Assembly (NCBI GenBank): GCA_020536535.1
Contig: JAHLWZ010000508.1
Location: 1 to 64,000, forward strand
Direction: 5' to 3'
DNA: 64,000 nt
Source: Pelomyxa schiedti
Taxonomy: Eukaryota; Protista; Evosea
Positions within the stretch are counted from its first letter, which is position 1. Each line of letters begins with the position of its first letter. The notes under the pieces are model-generated. The model was not told where the DNA came from. It did not search any database and saw nothing but the letters and a program-made list of their open reading frames with translations. A program made the position numbers and the translations under genes. Of the stretch, positions 21,467 through 34,400 are shown one piece after another.

Positions 21467-24400
21467 TCACGATGAGGACGAAGACGACATCTCTACAGTA
21501 GGCACGTTGGCGGTGTACGACGTCCACTCGTAGTTCCATCTGCGGCGTATGCACCCTTCCACAAGTAGGTCCCTCACAAAGGGGCCAGAGCCCCACAGGG
21601 GCAGGCACACCCTGGCCAGGCACGAGCGCGGGTGCGAGGCCCAGCGCTCGTGCGCCGCCGCCACGGCGTCCCACACCCACTCCATCTTGTTGCCAAAGGC
21701 GCCCGCCCCAACCGCCACCAGGAAAAGCTGCGTGCGCCGGTTCAGAATCGCGGAGGCGTACGCCCCGTCGAACGCCGCTTGGAGAATCAACCGGCACTGC
21801 CACATCCAATGTCAGTTTTTTTTTTGGGTATTGTGGGAATTTGCGCGCGCGTGCAATGGGGGCGTAAGGTTGTGGGATTTTGTTGTTTTTTTATGAGAGG
21901 GGAAAAGAAACCTTGTTCTCAATATTAGGAGACGCGGCATTTCCTTGGCCGGTAGGACCTTGTGCAATGTTTACGGCGGCACAGAAGACCTGTGCGGGGG
22001 GGTGAGAGCCGTCGGAATAGAGTTATGGGAATAGAATTCAGACCTGGTCCACGTGCTGAGCTGGGTCGCTAAGGGGATAGTCATAGCCAACAGAGGACGA
22101 GTACACGACTTGTACATCTTTGTGCGAGGCCACTTGTACTTTTCCGAGAATCGCGAGGTACTCGGGGCTGTCCTTTGGAGGCAATGCAACATTCGGAACT
22201 GTGCTTGGTATTATTACATAGCCATTCTTGACTGGCAGCTGCGAGGCTATATCGGGGTGGCAAAGTAAGTTGATCTGATGGGTATCTGTCTGTGCCCAAT
22301 CCGCCTGTGGAGTGGTAGGAGAAGCAAATGCTGCATAAACTCTCGCTATGGCAGCTATTGTAAAGTGAGGAATAGAGAATGGAATATGGTTACGAGAACC
22401 TGCTGCAGCACTTATAGAAGCTGCAGGGCCTTGCGTTTTGTCAAATATGTAGTCCTCTTGAGTAGTAGATGTTAGAAAAGGATTGAAATTGTAACAGTAC
22501 CAGTGAAATTTTCAGTAGTGGGAGACGACTCCTCGGAGATAGCTGAACTTCTTTAGCAACATCCAATAAAACTTTGAAGAAACCTTCTAGAACATTAAAA
22601 TTGGAGGCCACTTGAAAAACTGCGTTCTTATTTGCTGGATTTGCTTGAAGTGCAGCAATATCAACTTGCGGAACAGATTCCTGTACATATGTTATGATTT
22701 TGATGAACTGTAAAAATTGTTCACACCGCATCGGTCCTTGTAATAATTGAGAAAACCGGAGCAGTCTTGCCCGTTGGTGGGGAAGGTGCTGGCCAGCCTC
22801 CAAGTTTGTCAACAAGCTTGGAGAGGTATTCAACTTCTAGCTTCCCACAATCAAAGCTAACTGGGGTTTTTGGGTTTGTGATTGTGTCCCATGTTGTGAT
22901 TCCACTCGCAGCAGCAGCTTGAACACCACTGACGCGTAATGGAGACCCAGTAACCTTGCGTTGAAGAACGATATTGCCATCGTCTTTAAGGACGAAAGGA
23001 CAGGCTTCTTTGGGTGTTGCTGGGGATAGACAAGGCCGAAAACTGGTCTCTCCACATCCCGTAACAAATGAGAACCAAGCTTCAGCTGGTACAGTAGGGA
23101 CAAGGGACTTTGTCGAAGGGGCTGTGGTTGGAGTTGAAACACTTGGAGGAGAAGGAGATGGAGGCTTTACAGGAGCTGCCATATTTGTGTTGATTATGGG
23201 AGGTCCGCTTCTTCTGACAATATATTTGGGTTGGCTCACAGGTGCAGCGGGTGGGGAAGTTGGCTTTGGTGTTGGTGTTGGTGTTGGTGTTGGTGTTGGT
23301 GTTGGTGTTGGTGTTGGTGTTTGTGTTTGTGTTTGTGATGGTGTTGGCGTTGCGTTTGGGATTGCAACTACAGCTGGAGCTGGAGTCGGTACTAAAACCG
23401 CTGGAGTGGGTGTTGCTGGTAAAGATTGGGGCAGTGTGGGAATGTCAGCAGTATTTGTTGTTGAGATTGCATTAGTTTCAGTTCCTTCTTTTTTTGTGTG
23501 GTGGTGATGGTGGTGGTGTTTCTTCTCTTTTTTTGGTTCAGTGTCTGTATTTGGGGGAGTTGGTGTCAAAGTGGCAGTTGCGGTGGGAATTGGCGTTGGA
23601 ACGGATGACGGAGTAGGGGTCACAGTAGGTACTTCATCTATGGGTGCTGAACGGTTTAACTTGCTTGACTTGTGCCCCTTGGATTTAGAGGGTACAACAT
23701 CTGAAGTTCCTTCTACTGCAGATGAAGAGAGTCGGTCCAGTTCCTCCCAACTGGTGGGAAGAGGCGGGGGTGGCATAGTTGGAGTTTGTGACTCCCAACC
23801 AGTGGGTGCAGAAGGTGCTGGCGGATAGAAGGGTGGAGGCAGTGGTAAGTTTGGCTGGGATGAAGGATATGAAGTTGCATCGAAGTGGAGAACGGGTGGT
23901 GCTGGTGTGTGATAGAGGACAGGTGGGAACTGATTTGTTGGCGTTGTGGTTGATTTTTGCTTTGAGGTGGGTGGAACAAAGGAGACGGGTGCACTGCTGC
24001 GGTAAGGTTTACCGGTTACTCTTCTCACATTAATAGTAAATGGAGTGTCATAGACAGCATCCGGAGTTACGCTCCAGTTGACTCCGGAACTATCGAAATA
24101 AACCTGTTTGTCACCTTCATCCACCATTCCCCTGGTAAACAGCCTCTTTACCCTTACAGGGGGTTGGGGTACAGTGACAGTTACAGAGCGTTCGGCTGGG
24201 ATGAAGTGAATATTTGTAGGCTGCTCATTGAAAGAGTTTTTGCCCAAGTCATAGTAGACAGTCTTGCGTACACTTTTCGTTTTTGGTGGCCTTGTCTCTT
24301 CAACCTCGACTTCAACAAGGTCATCATCAACTTCTTTGATTTTGGATGCCCGCGGTACTTTTGGGAGAGTTTTCTTCACTGAAGTGTACACTGTGTAGTT

Positions 24401-25282
24401 CATTGTGCCTGTATCGCAGTCACCAACAAGAAACAAAAGAAAAAGAATGCCAACCTGGGATGAAATGTGTAGTAGTTGGAGAATCACTGTGGGACTTTTT
24501 GTCAATGTCCCAAAACACAGACTTGGTCTTGACAGTCGCTACCTTGTCCCCGTCGTTTTCCTCCGGGGTCAGGTTTTCGCTGTTATCTGGAGCTGTGTCT
24601 CCCTTTCCTTTGCGCCTAGACCCGCCAGTGGGTGATGGTGATGCGCCTTTTCCGGACTTCTTTCCCCTGCGCCCAGAAGCTGGTTGGCCATCACTCCCTA
24701 CACCACACCCAAAAATTAAGAAGAGTTAGAACACACCCCAATGTCACACAAGCAAACAAACAAAAAACAAAACAAAACAAAATAAAACAAAACAAACAAA
24801 CAAACAAACAATCAAGCAGTTACTACACAACATTATAGTACAGTCACTTCCTCAACCCACACACCCCCACCCACCCACCCACCGTCATCATCAGCAGCAG
24901 CATCATCACCATTAGCACCATCATTGAGGCCAAATGGATCATCGCTATCATCCGCGAACGGGTCCTCGCCGTCGCTGTCGCTGAGTGCGAATGGGTTCTC
25001 GTCGTCGTCATCATCACCACCACCACGACCATTGCCATCGCCGTCGCCGTCGGCGGGGACGGTGATTGTGACGGGGATGTAGAACTGCGCGGTGCGGGTG
25101 TCGCTGAACCCAACCTTGTTCTTGTCATAGTACACAACCTTGCTCACCATCCTCGGCGGTGCGTCGCCATCGCCGTCGCCCCCCGCCGCTCCTCCGCCGT
25201 CCTCGGCATCCCGGCGGCCGCGCCGTCGCCGCCGCGACGGTTTGGCGGCTGGGGGCTGCTGCTGCTGCCTGTTCCTTCTCAT
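21467..25282 (-). CDS. Large protein with acidic and Pro/Thr-rich N-terminus and C-terminal macrodomain-like (PARG/DUF2263-related) domain
   Basis: Exons give AVFQVASNFNVLE, DYIFDKTQGPAASI, VDQVFCAAVN and LILQAAFDGAY...LVAVGAGAFGNKMEWVWDAV (GxGAFGN loop). The upstream link to the 24833-25282 exon is inferred from splice sites. Confidence 0.65.
23267..23338. repeat. (GGTGTT)n hexamer microsatellite encoding a Pro-Thr run on the minus strand
   Basis: Tandem ggtgtt units inside ORF 22721-24505 (PTPTPTPT). Confidence 0.9.
24750..24812. repeat. A-rich (CAAA/CAAAA) simple repeat, probably intronic
   Basis: agcaaacaaacaaaaaacaaaacaaaacaa... seen directly. Confidence 0.8.
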
Positions 25283-25461
25283 GTTGTTGTTGTTGGTTTT
25301 TCGTTGCTTTTGTGTTGTGCCGGCTGCTATCGTAGGTTTCCGGTGCTGGTTTTTTTGGGGGGAACCGTTTTCGTCGCTGAACAGGATGTTTTTTTTTGTT
25401 GTTGTTTGAATTTCAACAAACAGGGGGATGTGTGGATAGGCTAGGCTAGGGTGTGTTGCAA

Positions 25462-28400
25462 TTAATTGTTGTTGTTGGTTGGTGTTGGAGAAAAAAGGGA
25501 AGTGAAGAGGGAGGAGTGAGGCGGGCGCAGGATGGTAAGGTGTGACGCTGGTGTGTGCAGTACCTCCAGGCAGGGAGCTGCTGCCGGCGGTGGCGTGGAT
25601 GATTGTGCGGCGGTTGTGTTTGCGTTCGCGGTGATGGAATGCATTAGGTGTGACCAGTGCTGCTCGGCGTTGTTGAGGGATAGCATTTGTATCACTATCT
25701 CGGGATTGCCATCCCCAAGTACCAAAATTGCGTGGAGTGGAGGTTGGTGCTGTTGCTGGGATGTGGAAGTGTTGTTGTCAGCGGTGGTGACAGTGTCCGC
25801 GGGTGTGGAATTGCTGTTGGTTGGGGTTGTAGTTGAGGGTGATTGTGCGGGTGATGATGTCTGGGGTTCCAGCGTTGTTGCAGGTGATGATTCCATCACT
25901 GCAGTGTTGGTAGGTAGTGTAGTAGTGGGTGCGGTGGATTCCGTGGTTGTTGTAGTGGATGGCGGAGTGGACCGCCATGTGCTTAGTAGCTGTACATGCT
26001 TGCGAACTATGGAGAAGTTGTGCTCGCATTGGGGGCGAGGTACGTGAATATGTGTTTGGAATACTTGCCATACGGACTCTATTGTCTGTGCCTCAGCAAG
26101 TCCATGTGCGAGGGTGTCAAGAGTGTTTCCCTTGATGAGCGTTTCGACACTTACATTGGCTGCTGTCACAGGTAGTATGACCTTGAGAAAAGAAAAAGGT
26201 TAGTTCGGCTGGGTGAAAGTACAGGGAGAATGCCTTTGCTATGTTCAATTCGGTCTGTTCCAGGGCCAGTGTGTGCGGCGGTGAATCGACAAGTACTAAT
26301 TTCTCAATCCACCATGTTTTTTGTTCTCTCTTCGTTACTTGCTCAGCAATACATGCTGCCAGTGCACCCCCAAGGGACATACCACCCATGTGAATGGGAC
26401 CCTCGGGGCATACCGCAGTTATGCTTGAAATACATGCTTCTGCCCAGTCAACAAGCGTGTTAAATGTTGCGGTTCCCTTTTAATTTTATGTATTAGAAGT
26501 TATCAAAGGAATTGACAAGAAACCTTTTGTTCAAGGAGTACAGCAGGGTCATGGAGAGCATAAATTGATCTCCCTGGTAAAGCGTTGCACACATGTTCCC
26601 AGCTTACCGGGGGAGCCCCAGCGCCACATACAAGAAATACGGGTGGGCTACAAGCATGATCTTTCTTTCCAACCCGGAGAGGTGTCAGAACATGTGAAGA
26701 ATTCTGTCGATGTTCGGAGCTGGATGGAATTTCTGTGGAATCAGCACCTTCTCTGAGGGGTTGCAATAGTGATTCAATAAACTTTCCCAAAGAAACTGTC
26801 ATTGCTGTTATGGACCATCCTTGTAAGAATACAGCCATGGGAACGGGCGTTCCAACAACTGCCTCTATTTTACCCTTTAACTCAGCTGCAATGAGGCTAT
26901 CGACACCCTAAAATATGAATTGAGTGTAAGAAAAGGAAGGAAGTATTGCCTACCAACTGGGCAAGAGTAGCTTCTGTGTCAAGTTGCTTCAAAGATACTT
27001 TCAGAACATCAACAATCGATTGCTTTATTGTGGTTGTTATAAGTTGAGCACGATCCTCCTGACTGCTTAGTTGGGAGTACTTGTGGAGGAATGGGGATAA
27101 TGTGGTGCTTGTTTGAAGAGTCGTACTCAGATGTTCTTTGAGCAGACTTAACCACCGGGTATTGTGGCGAAGTTGTGGGAAGGAAGAAAAGAACTCTGGA
27201 AGAGACAAGTCAGAAAGACAGACAACTGGGTGATATGACAGCGGAAGAGGGTCCCGAGAAAGGAGAGCTGTAATAGCAGTTATTGCATCCAAAATTGGTA
27301 TCGGAATGATGCCCTGAAGCTCAGCTTGAAGTTGAGCTTCGCTGCTTAGCCTTGCAAACATACCAGCACCACCACTAATTGGACCTAGATTGATTGTTGT
27401 ACAGGGTAAGCCATGTGCATGTCTAAACTGTGACAGAATATCAAGGAATGTGTTTGCGGCCGCGTAATTTGTTTGGCCAGCTGTACCAGTAAGGGAAGAC
27501 AGTGAAGATGTAAGAATCAGGTTGCGAATAGGAGTGGATAGTGAAGAACAATGGAGATTCCAAGCACCAAATACTTTGGGCAACATCACAGAGAGCATGG
27601 AAGTCTGAGTTTGACGAGGGATAGCCGCATCACAAAGGACACCGGCGCAGTGAACAACAGATACGTCACTGCCAGCATGACGAGTAAACAATTTGCCCAC
27701 AAATACGGAGTCAGAGATGTCACCTTGTTCATAAACAATACGGGTGTTATGTGTGGAGGAAACATGCTGGAGAAATTCAACTTGAGAAGGAGGAATACTA
27801 TTCCGCGAGACGAGCGTGATTGAAGAAGCACCACAGGTTGCCAGAAAACAGGCTAACTGATGTCCAATCCCACCGCTAGCCCCAGTGATGATGAATTTTC
27901 CTCCCACGATGTTGTGTGTAGTAGATGAAAAGTCTCCCTTGAGATCCACAGGGGTAAAATCTAAGACTACCTTCCCTATGTGCCTACATACAGAAGTTAG
28001 AGGAGACAGGAAAGAAATGTGCATACTTGGCTTGTGCCATATAGCGGAAGGCAGAGGCCGCTTCATCGGCTCGGAACGGAGTGAAAGGAAGTGGTTTGTA
28101 TTCTCCTTTTTGAAATTTATCCATAACATCATTCAATAACTTCAGGCCACACTGTGGGTTGGTGGCAAAAAGAGCATCAATGGCAACGATATGGAAGCTG
28201 CAATTATCAGCAAGCTTTCTCATTCCAATTTGAGAGTTTTCATATACATCCCGCTTTCCTATTTCTATGAAGCGCCCGGATGGCTTGAGGAGTGACAAGG
28301 AAGCATCTAAAAGATCTCCAGAAAGTGAATTCAATACAACATCAACACCGGCACCATTTGTTGCTTTTTTCACTTCCTCTACAAAAGAGGCTGAACGAGA

Positions 28401-31400
28401 ATCAAATACATACTTGACTCCAAGTTCTTCCATCAAAAACGTTCTTTTCTCTGTTGTACCAACTGTGGTGATAACGGAGCAGCCACAATTCTGTGCAACT
28501 TGTATTGCTGCAAGTCCAACCCCTCCAGCGCCCGCATGTATTAGGATAGTATCATCTCTCCTTATTCGCGCAATGTCCACTAGAGCATAATGTGCTGTAG
28601 TAAATACCCCAAGTATACTGGCAGCTTGTGGTCCAGAAAGAGTTTTTTCGGGTATCCGAACAACAGCCTGAGCTGGTAATGTCAAGTGTGAAGCAAAGCA
28701 CCCCACATACATTGCTGCAACTGGATCACCAACACACAGTCCAGTTACACTGCTTCCACATCTTTGGACCACCCCTGCACACTCGCCTCCAATAACTGAT
28801 GTTGCGTTCTCCACTGGATACATCCCCAAGGCGATCATCACGTCACGGAAATTGAGTGCAGCGTGAGTAACATGGATCTCTACCTCGTTGTGTGCAGGTG
28901 CTTTCCGTGCAATGTCATTTGTCAACACAAGGCTGTCCAAATTACCCGGATTTCTAAGGCTCAGATGGCACATAGTGCTATTCCCAGTTGTTGGGCTTGT
29001 CAAATTGTTGAAATTCATATCCTCATGATTGATATCCAGGAAGTATTGTTCCTTGCTTCTGAGTACGATATCACTTGAAAGATTTCCAAGTGGCTCTGAT
29101 GCCATATTTGTTCCTTTGTATTGACAACGAATTGTCTGTATCAATGAAGATTCATTCCCTGGAAGGAAATCTACTACAACTGGGCTTAATTGACTTGCCT
29201 CCTGAACTACAACACTGGATACTCCCCGGAGAGCACCTTGTATCAAGGCGTTTGTTGTTCCAGCTTCTCCGGGCATAACAGCTCCATTTGTGGTAACTAT
29301 CCACAACTTCCACTTGACAGAGTCTTCTTTAACAGTTTGCAGAGTTTCAAGGATTATCTGAATAAGGGCTAGTAGAGCGGTAGAACTTTTCACTACTTCT
29401 TGAGGAACGGAGGAAATAGCAGGAGCATCTCGATATTTATCTGCGAATCGGCAATCAACAATATTAACTACAAAGTTTGACATGTTTGCTGAAGGGAGCG
29501 ATTCTGTCTTGAATGTATTTACAGCAACTTCTTTAGGAAATTGAAAGTCAAGATCAGTGGCAATAGTAGCTGCTGGTTGCAATTGCGCCATCAACAAAGT
29601 AGATAAAAACCCAGATTTCTCGCCAACAATAATGAACTTATTCAAGTTTTGAGGAGTATCAGGTTGTTCAAGAATCTTAACCCATGCTGGAATTAAGACT
29701 TTCTGTGTGGCCTTGGGTTTTGGCACACGTTTGCTGACGAAATTGACAATAGAAAGAACTTCTTCATTCCCATGAAAAGTATGCACATTGCCAGAAAGTG
29801 CACCCCCTTCAATTTTGATTGACGTAATGCAAACTGTTATCTTTTCCCCTTCTTTTAATTCCCTCACAGCTGAAGAAAAGGAAACTTTTCCATATGATGA
29901 AGGCAAATAAGCGCATCTTGCACCACTTCCCTCAATAAGAGCACCGGCAATGACTTGGCACACAATATCCAAAAAAGCGGGATGCCCGACACAGAATGGT
30001 GTGTTCGGGGTAGGAGAACTCAATTCGGGAATAACAATATCAGCCCGCACCTCTCTTTCTCCCGTTGAACTATCGGCTTCGACTTGGAGTCCGGATACAC
30101 CCTGGAACAGAGGACCATAACTCAATCCATAGCGTTTCATGAGTGAATAAAACTGCAGTTGGGTTACAGTTTGTAGTGCTGAACTCGGAGGACTAAAAGT
30201 AATGCCGGAAAATTTATTTGTGGGAATTGAGCAGCACCTTGCTACGGATATCCAGTCTCTGTTGCTTCCCCCTCGCATGTGAATAAAAACATCCAGCCTA
30301 CTCCTTCCTCTGGGGTGTGCTACAGTAACTTGAAGAACTACTTGTTCTTCTCCCACAAGAGGAACCATGTGCAATAACTCAATGTCTTGAAGCTCAAAAG
30401 AGACAGGTCCTTTCTCGGAATTTTTTCTCCCGATACCGCAGAAGACTCGTTGTGAAGCTTCTGCTAGAATCTCAATGAATAGTGTGCCGGGTAAAACAAT
30501 GCCACCACTAATAACGTGATCCTTCAGGAAGGGATGGCGGCACAAATCAATCTCCACCAGAAAAATGGAGGAACCTGCTGTAGTTGTGCAGGATGTGAGA
30601 AAAGGTGCTTCTAACCTTTCTGCATCACCGATAGCACCAATTTTGGGTTTCTCTGGGCAACTCTCTTCAGCACCAGTCACCCAGCAGTGCACACGATTCC
30701 AAGCATAACGGGGAGGTGAGATAAAGCGATACAGACTAGAATTCGGTACAAATCTCCCGAGGTCAACAGCGCACCCAAGAGTATGCAGAGTTGCCCCGAC
30801 CTGCGAAATAAGCCATGGGTGACATACATTCCGCTTCAGAGTTGGTATACAGGAGGGTCGTGGGTCTAGTTTTCGCACATATCCACATAGAAGGGGATGC
30901 ATGCCAATATCAACAAATACACCCGAACTTCCAAACTCATTGCCAAGATATTGTAATGCAGACCAGAACTTCACAGGTTGCCGAATTTGGTCTGCCCAAT
31001 AGCTGCTATCTACTTGCTCATTTATAGGCATTCCAGTGAGTGTACTCACCCATAATATTTGGGATTTTTGTGGATGAAGTTGGAGATGGTTGAGGGTATC
31101 AAACAGTTGCTGTTTTGCTTTATCCATGTGGTGGCTATGGTATGCGTAATCAACAGGTAAAACCTTGCAATTAACTTCACCAACCTCTTCATGCAAACGT
31201 GCAAGGAAAAGATCCACTGCTTCCGGATCACCGCTAACAACAGAAGAGGAAGGGGAGTTATCAGAAGCAATACTAACTTGCTTTTCCAATCCCCACTTGT
31301 TAATTCGCTCACCAACGTCTGAAGCTTTCATTTCCAAGTGGGCCATCTTCCCTTTGCCACCAAGTGAGCTGGCAGCTTTTCCACGCTCAACAACAAGTGC

Positions 31401-34400
31401 AACACTTTCACTGAGACTTAGGCATCCACTCATATGAGCAGCACAAACTTCTCCAGTGCTATGACCAATAAATGCTGAGACAGACACCCCAGTTATGTCA
31501 AGAATAGACTTGGCAATTGCATATTGCAGACAAAATAGTATTGGTTGTGCGTACTCGGCGTTTATCACCTCAGCCTTTGTAGAATCGTTAGTAAGGACCT
31601 CTTTGACACTCCAGCCAGTGTTTTGTTTCACTAAGCCATCAACCTCCGCGAAATGAGTTGCAAAACTTCCCAGATTTAGTCCCACAAGTTCATTGACAAG
31701 ACTTCCTATTCCTTCCCACCAACCTCCTTGGCCTGAAAACATGAATACCACCTTGGGTGATCTCAAGGCCTTGTTTTCCACTGCGAAAGCGGTTGGAGAG
31801 GAAGCGGTTGAAGCCTGAGTTCCACGCAAAATTGATGCAAGTGCCGAAGCACTTTCAGCAACAGCAACGTATCGCTTTGCATGTTGTGCGCGGCGAAGAG
31901 ATGCTGATACACATATGTCATGTACACATTCTGGGGATTTTTGTATGGCATCGGCATAGAGAAGTTGCATGGCGTGCAATGACTTAGATGACTTGGATGA
32001 GAGGACCAAAACAGAGTAACTGTCTGATACATGTTCAGAAGAGTGATTTGCGGGCGGAATATATTCACGCATGCACACATGGCAATTTGCACCCCCAAAT
32101 CCATAGCTACTTACACCACAGTATAAAGGTGATTTCGCACGAAGAGGGGTAAGTGAGGTTACAACTTTCAGATTGGCTGCCTCAAAGTCAATATTAGGGT
32201 TTGGGGTTTTGTAGTTAATGGACGGCGGCAGCAAGCGGTTGTGTAAACATAGTGCCAGCTTTATTACACCGGCTATTCCACTTCCGCATTCAAGATGCCC
32301 TATATTCGTTTTTACACTGCCAATATAGCAGCAGTCACCTTCCCTCTTTCCTTTGCCCCCCACTACATTGCCCAGAGCCCGCACCTCAATTGGGTCACCC
32401 AAATTTGTTCCGGTTCCATGTGCCTCAACGTAGGAAACAACGGTAGGATCGATTCCCGCCTGAGCATATCTTAAAAGTTTTAAGCTCATTAATTAGTAAG
32501 AAAATTGTAGGTTACGCTTCACGGAGACAAGCTTCTTGTGCAACTCCACTTGGTGCAGTCATTCCATTACTTCTTCCACAATGATTTACAGCAGAGCCTG
32601 CAATCACCGAATATATTTTGGTGCCTTGTCTTTGTGCATCTTGTAGAGGTAAAAGTATTACGACACCACATCCCTCTCCTCTGACATATCCATCAGCTGC
32701 AGCATCGAATGTTTTGCATCTTCCGTCATGGGACAGCATGCCAGCTTTGCTGAACGTAATACTTATTGCTGGATTGATTAGCGCATTTACACCTCCGACA
32801 ATGGCGGCAGTACAGCCACCAAAGCGCATAGCCTTGCATGCAGAATCCAAAGCAATAAGAGATGAACTACAGGCTGTATCCACAGAAACACTTGGCCCTT
32901 TAGAGGATGGTGAGATGTAACCCAATAGTGCGTTTTGTTACCTTTCAGGTCAAACCAATAAGAGATTCTGTTGGCCGCAATACTCAACGCATTACCTGGA
33001 CCCCCATATGCATCAATAATACGGAAGTTGTTATTGCTGCGGTAAGCATAGTCATTTGTTCCGATTCCCACAAAAACTGCTGTCCTTGAAGAAGAAAGAG
33101 TGGAAGGAAGGATTCCAGCATCTTCCAGTGCTTCGTAAGTACACTCCAATAGCATGCGTTGCTGTAGGGAATTAGGGCTCAAAAAAAATTTCACTCTGAA
33201 ACCTGTGGGTCCATGTGGGTTGCCTCTCTATAAGAGATTCCGAAAAACTTGTGGTCAAACATAGAAATGTCATCCACAAAGCAACCCCATTTGGTGTGAA
33301 GCTTTCCAGGTTCATTAGTATTCGCACTATAGAGCAAGTTATTGTCCCAGCGGAGAGTTGGAGTTTCGGATGCAGCACAGATGCCGGAGCATATAAGGTC
33401 CCAGAAGGCATCAGGTGTGGGACTTTTTGGGTATCGGCAGGCCATCCCAACCAGTGCAAATTCGTTTTTGGGAACATCAGCACCACTTAGAATTGTTCGA
33501 GAGATTGGGATTGGTAACTCATTTAAAACTGGTGCCCCAAGGTGTGTAGACAGTTTATCAATAGTTGGGTAGTCAAACAGGTTAATAGGGTTCACCCTGG
33601 TTCCCAAAAAGTCACCGAGCTTATTACTAATATTAATGGCTGCCATGCTGTCAAAATTAAACTCTTGGAAAGGTGCGGAGCTATCAATTAATGTCGCAGG
33701 TGTATGGGAATGCTGTGATACAGCATCAATTAAGAAGGCTTTTATCTGTTCAACAGTCTTATGAACTCTTTGAACTTTTTCCTTTGTTTCTGTGGTTTTT
33801 GAGTCCTGGTACTGTTTTGATGGGAGAAGAGGTGAAACAACAGGTTGTGGTTCAAAAAATGACCAGTTGATGTGTGCAGCCATTAGTTGACCACAGACAG
33901 GAGACGAAATACAATAATGGAATAGATTGGAAAAGTCCGCATAAGAAAGAGGTAAAATTCCCCTGGATTCAAGAAGTTCTTGAGCAATCTCACCTACACG
34001 GGAAAACATCCCTCCTCCTAGAACTGGACCAAGGTTAAGGGCTAGTGCTGGCAACCCCTTCCGCACTCGGCATAGGACTAATTCATCAACAAACGCATTT
34101 GCGGAAGCATAATTACATTGTCCGAGGTTGCCCAAGACTGAAGCCATGGAGGACAGAACGATAAAGAAGTCCAGTTTCTTTTTTTCTGTTGCCTTGTGAA
34201 GGTTCCACGCGCCAAGCATTTTTGGACTTGTAACTGGAGTAAAGTGTGTTTCAAAGTTTGAGATGTCTCTTATGAGCTTATCATTGACAACTCCAGCAGC
34301 ATGCACAACTCCGCACAAGACCTTGTGTCTCACATTTTCACAGTCGTCAACAACCCGTGAGATGAAAAGGGGATCAGCAACATCTCCAGTCTCAATGACA

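Noticed and set aside
23267-23338. (GGTGTT)n as telomeric or CRISPR-like repeat
   Set aside because: It lies in frame within a coding exon (Pro-Thr run) and has no spacers.
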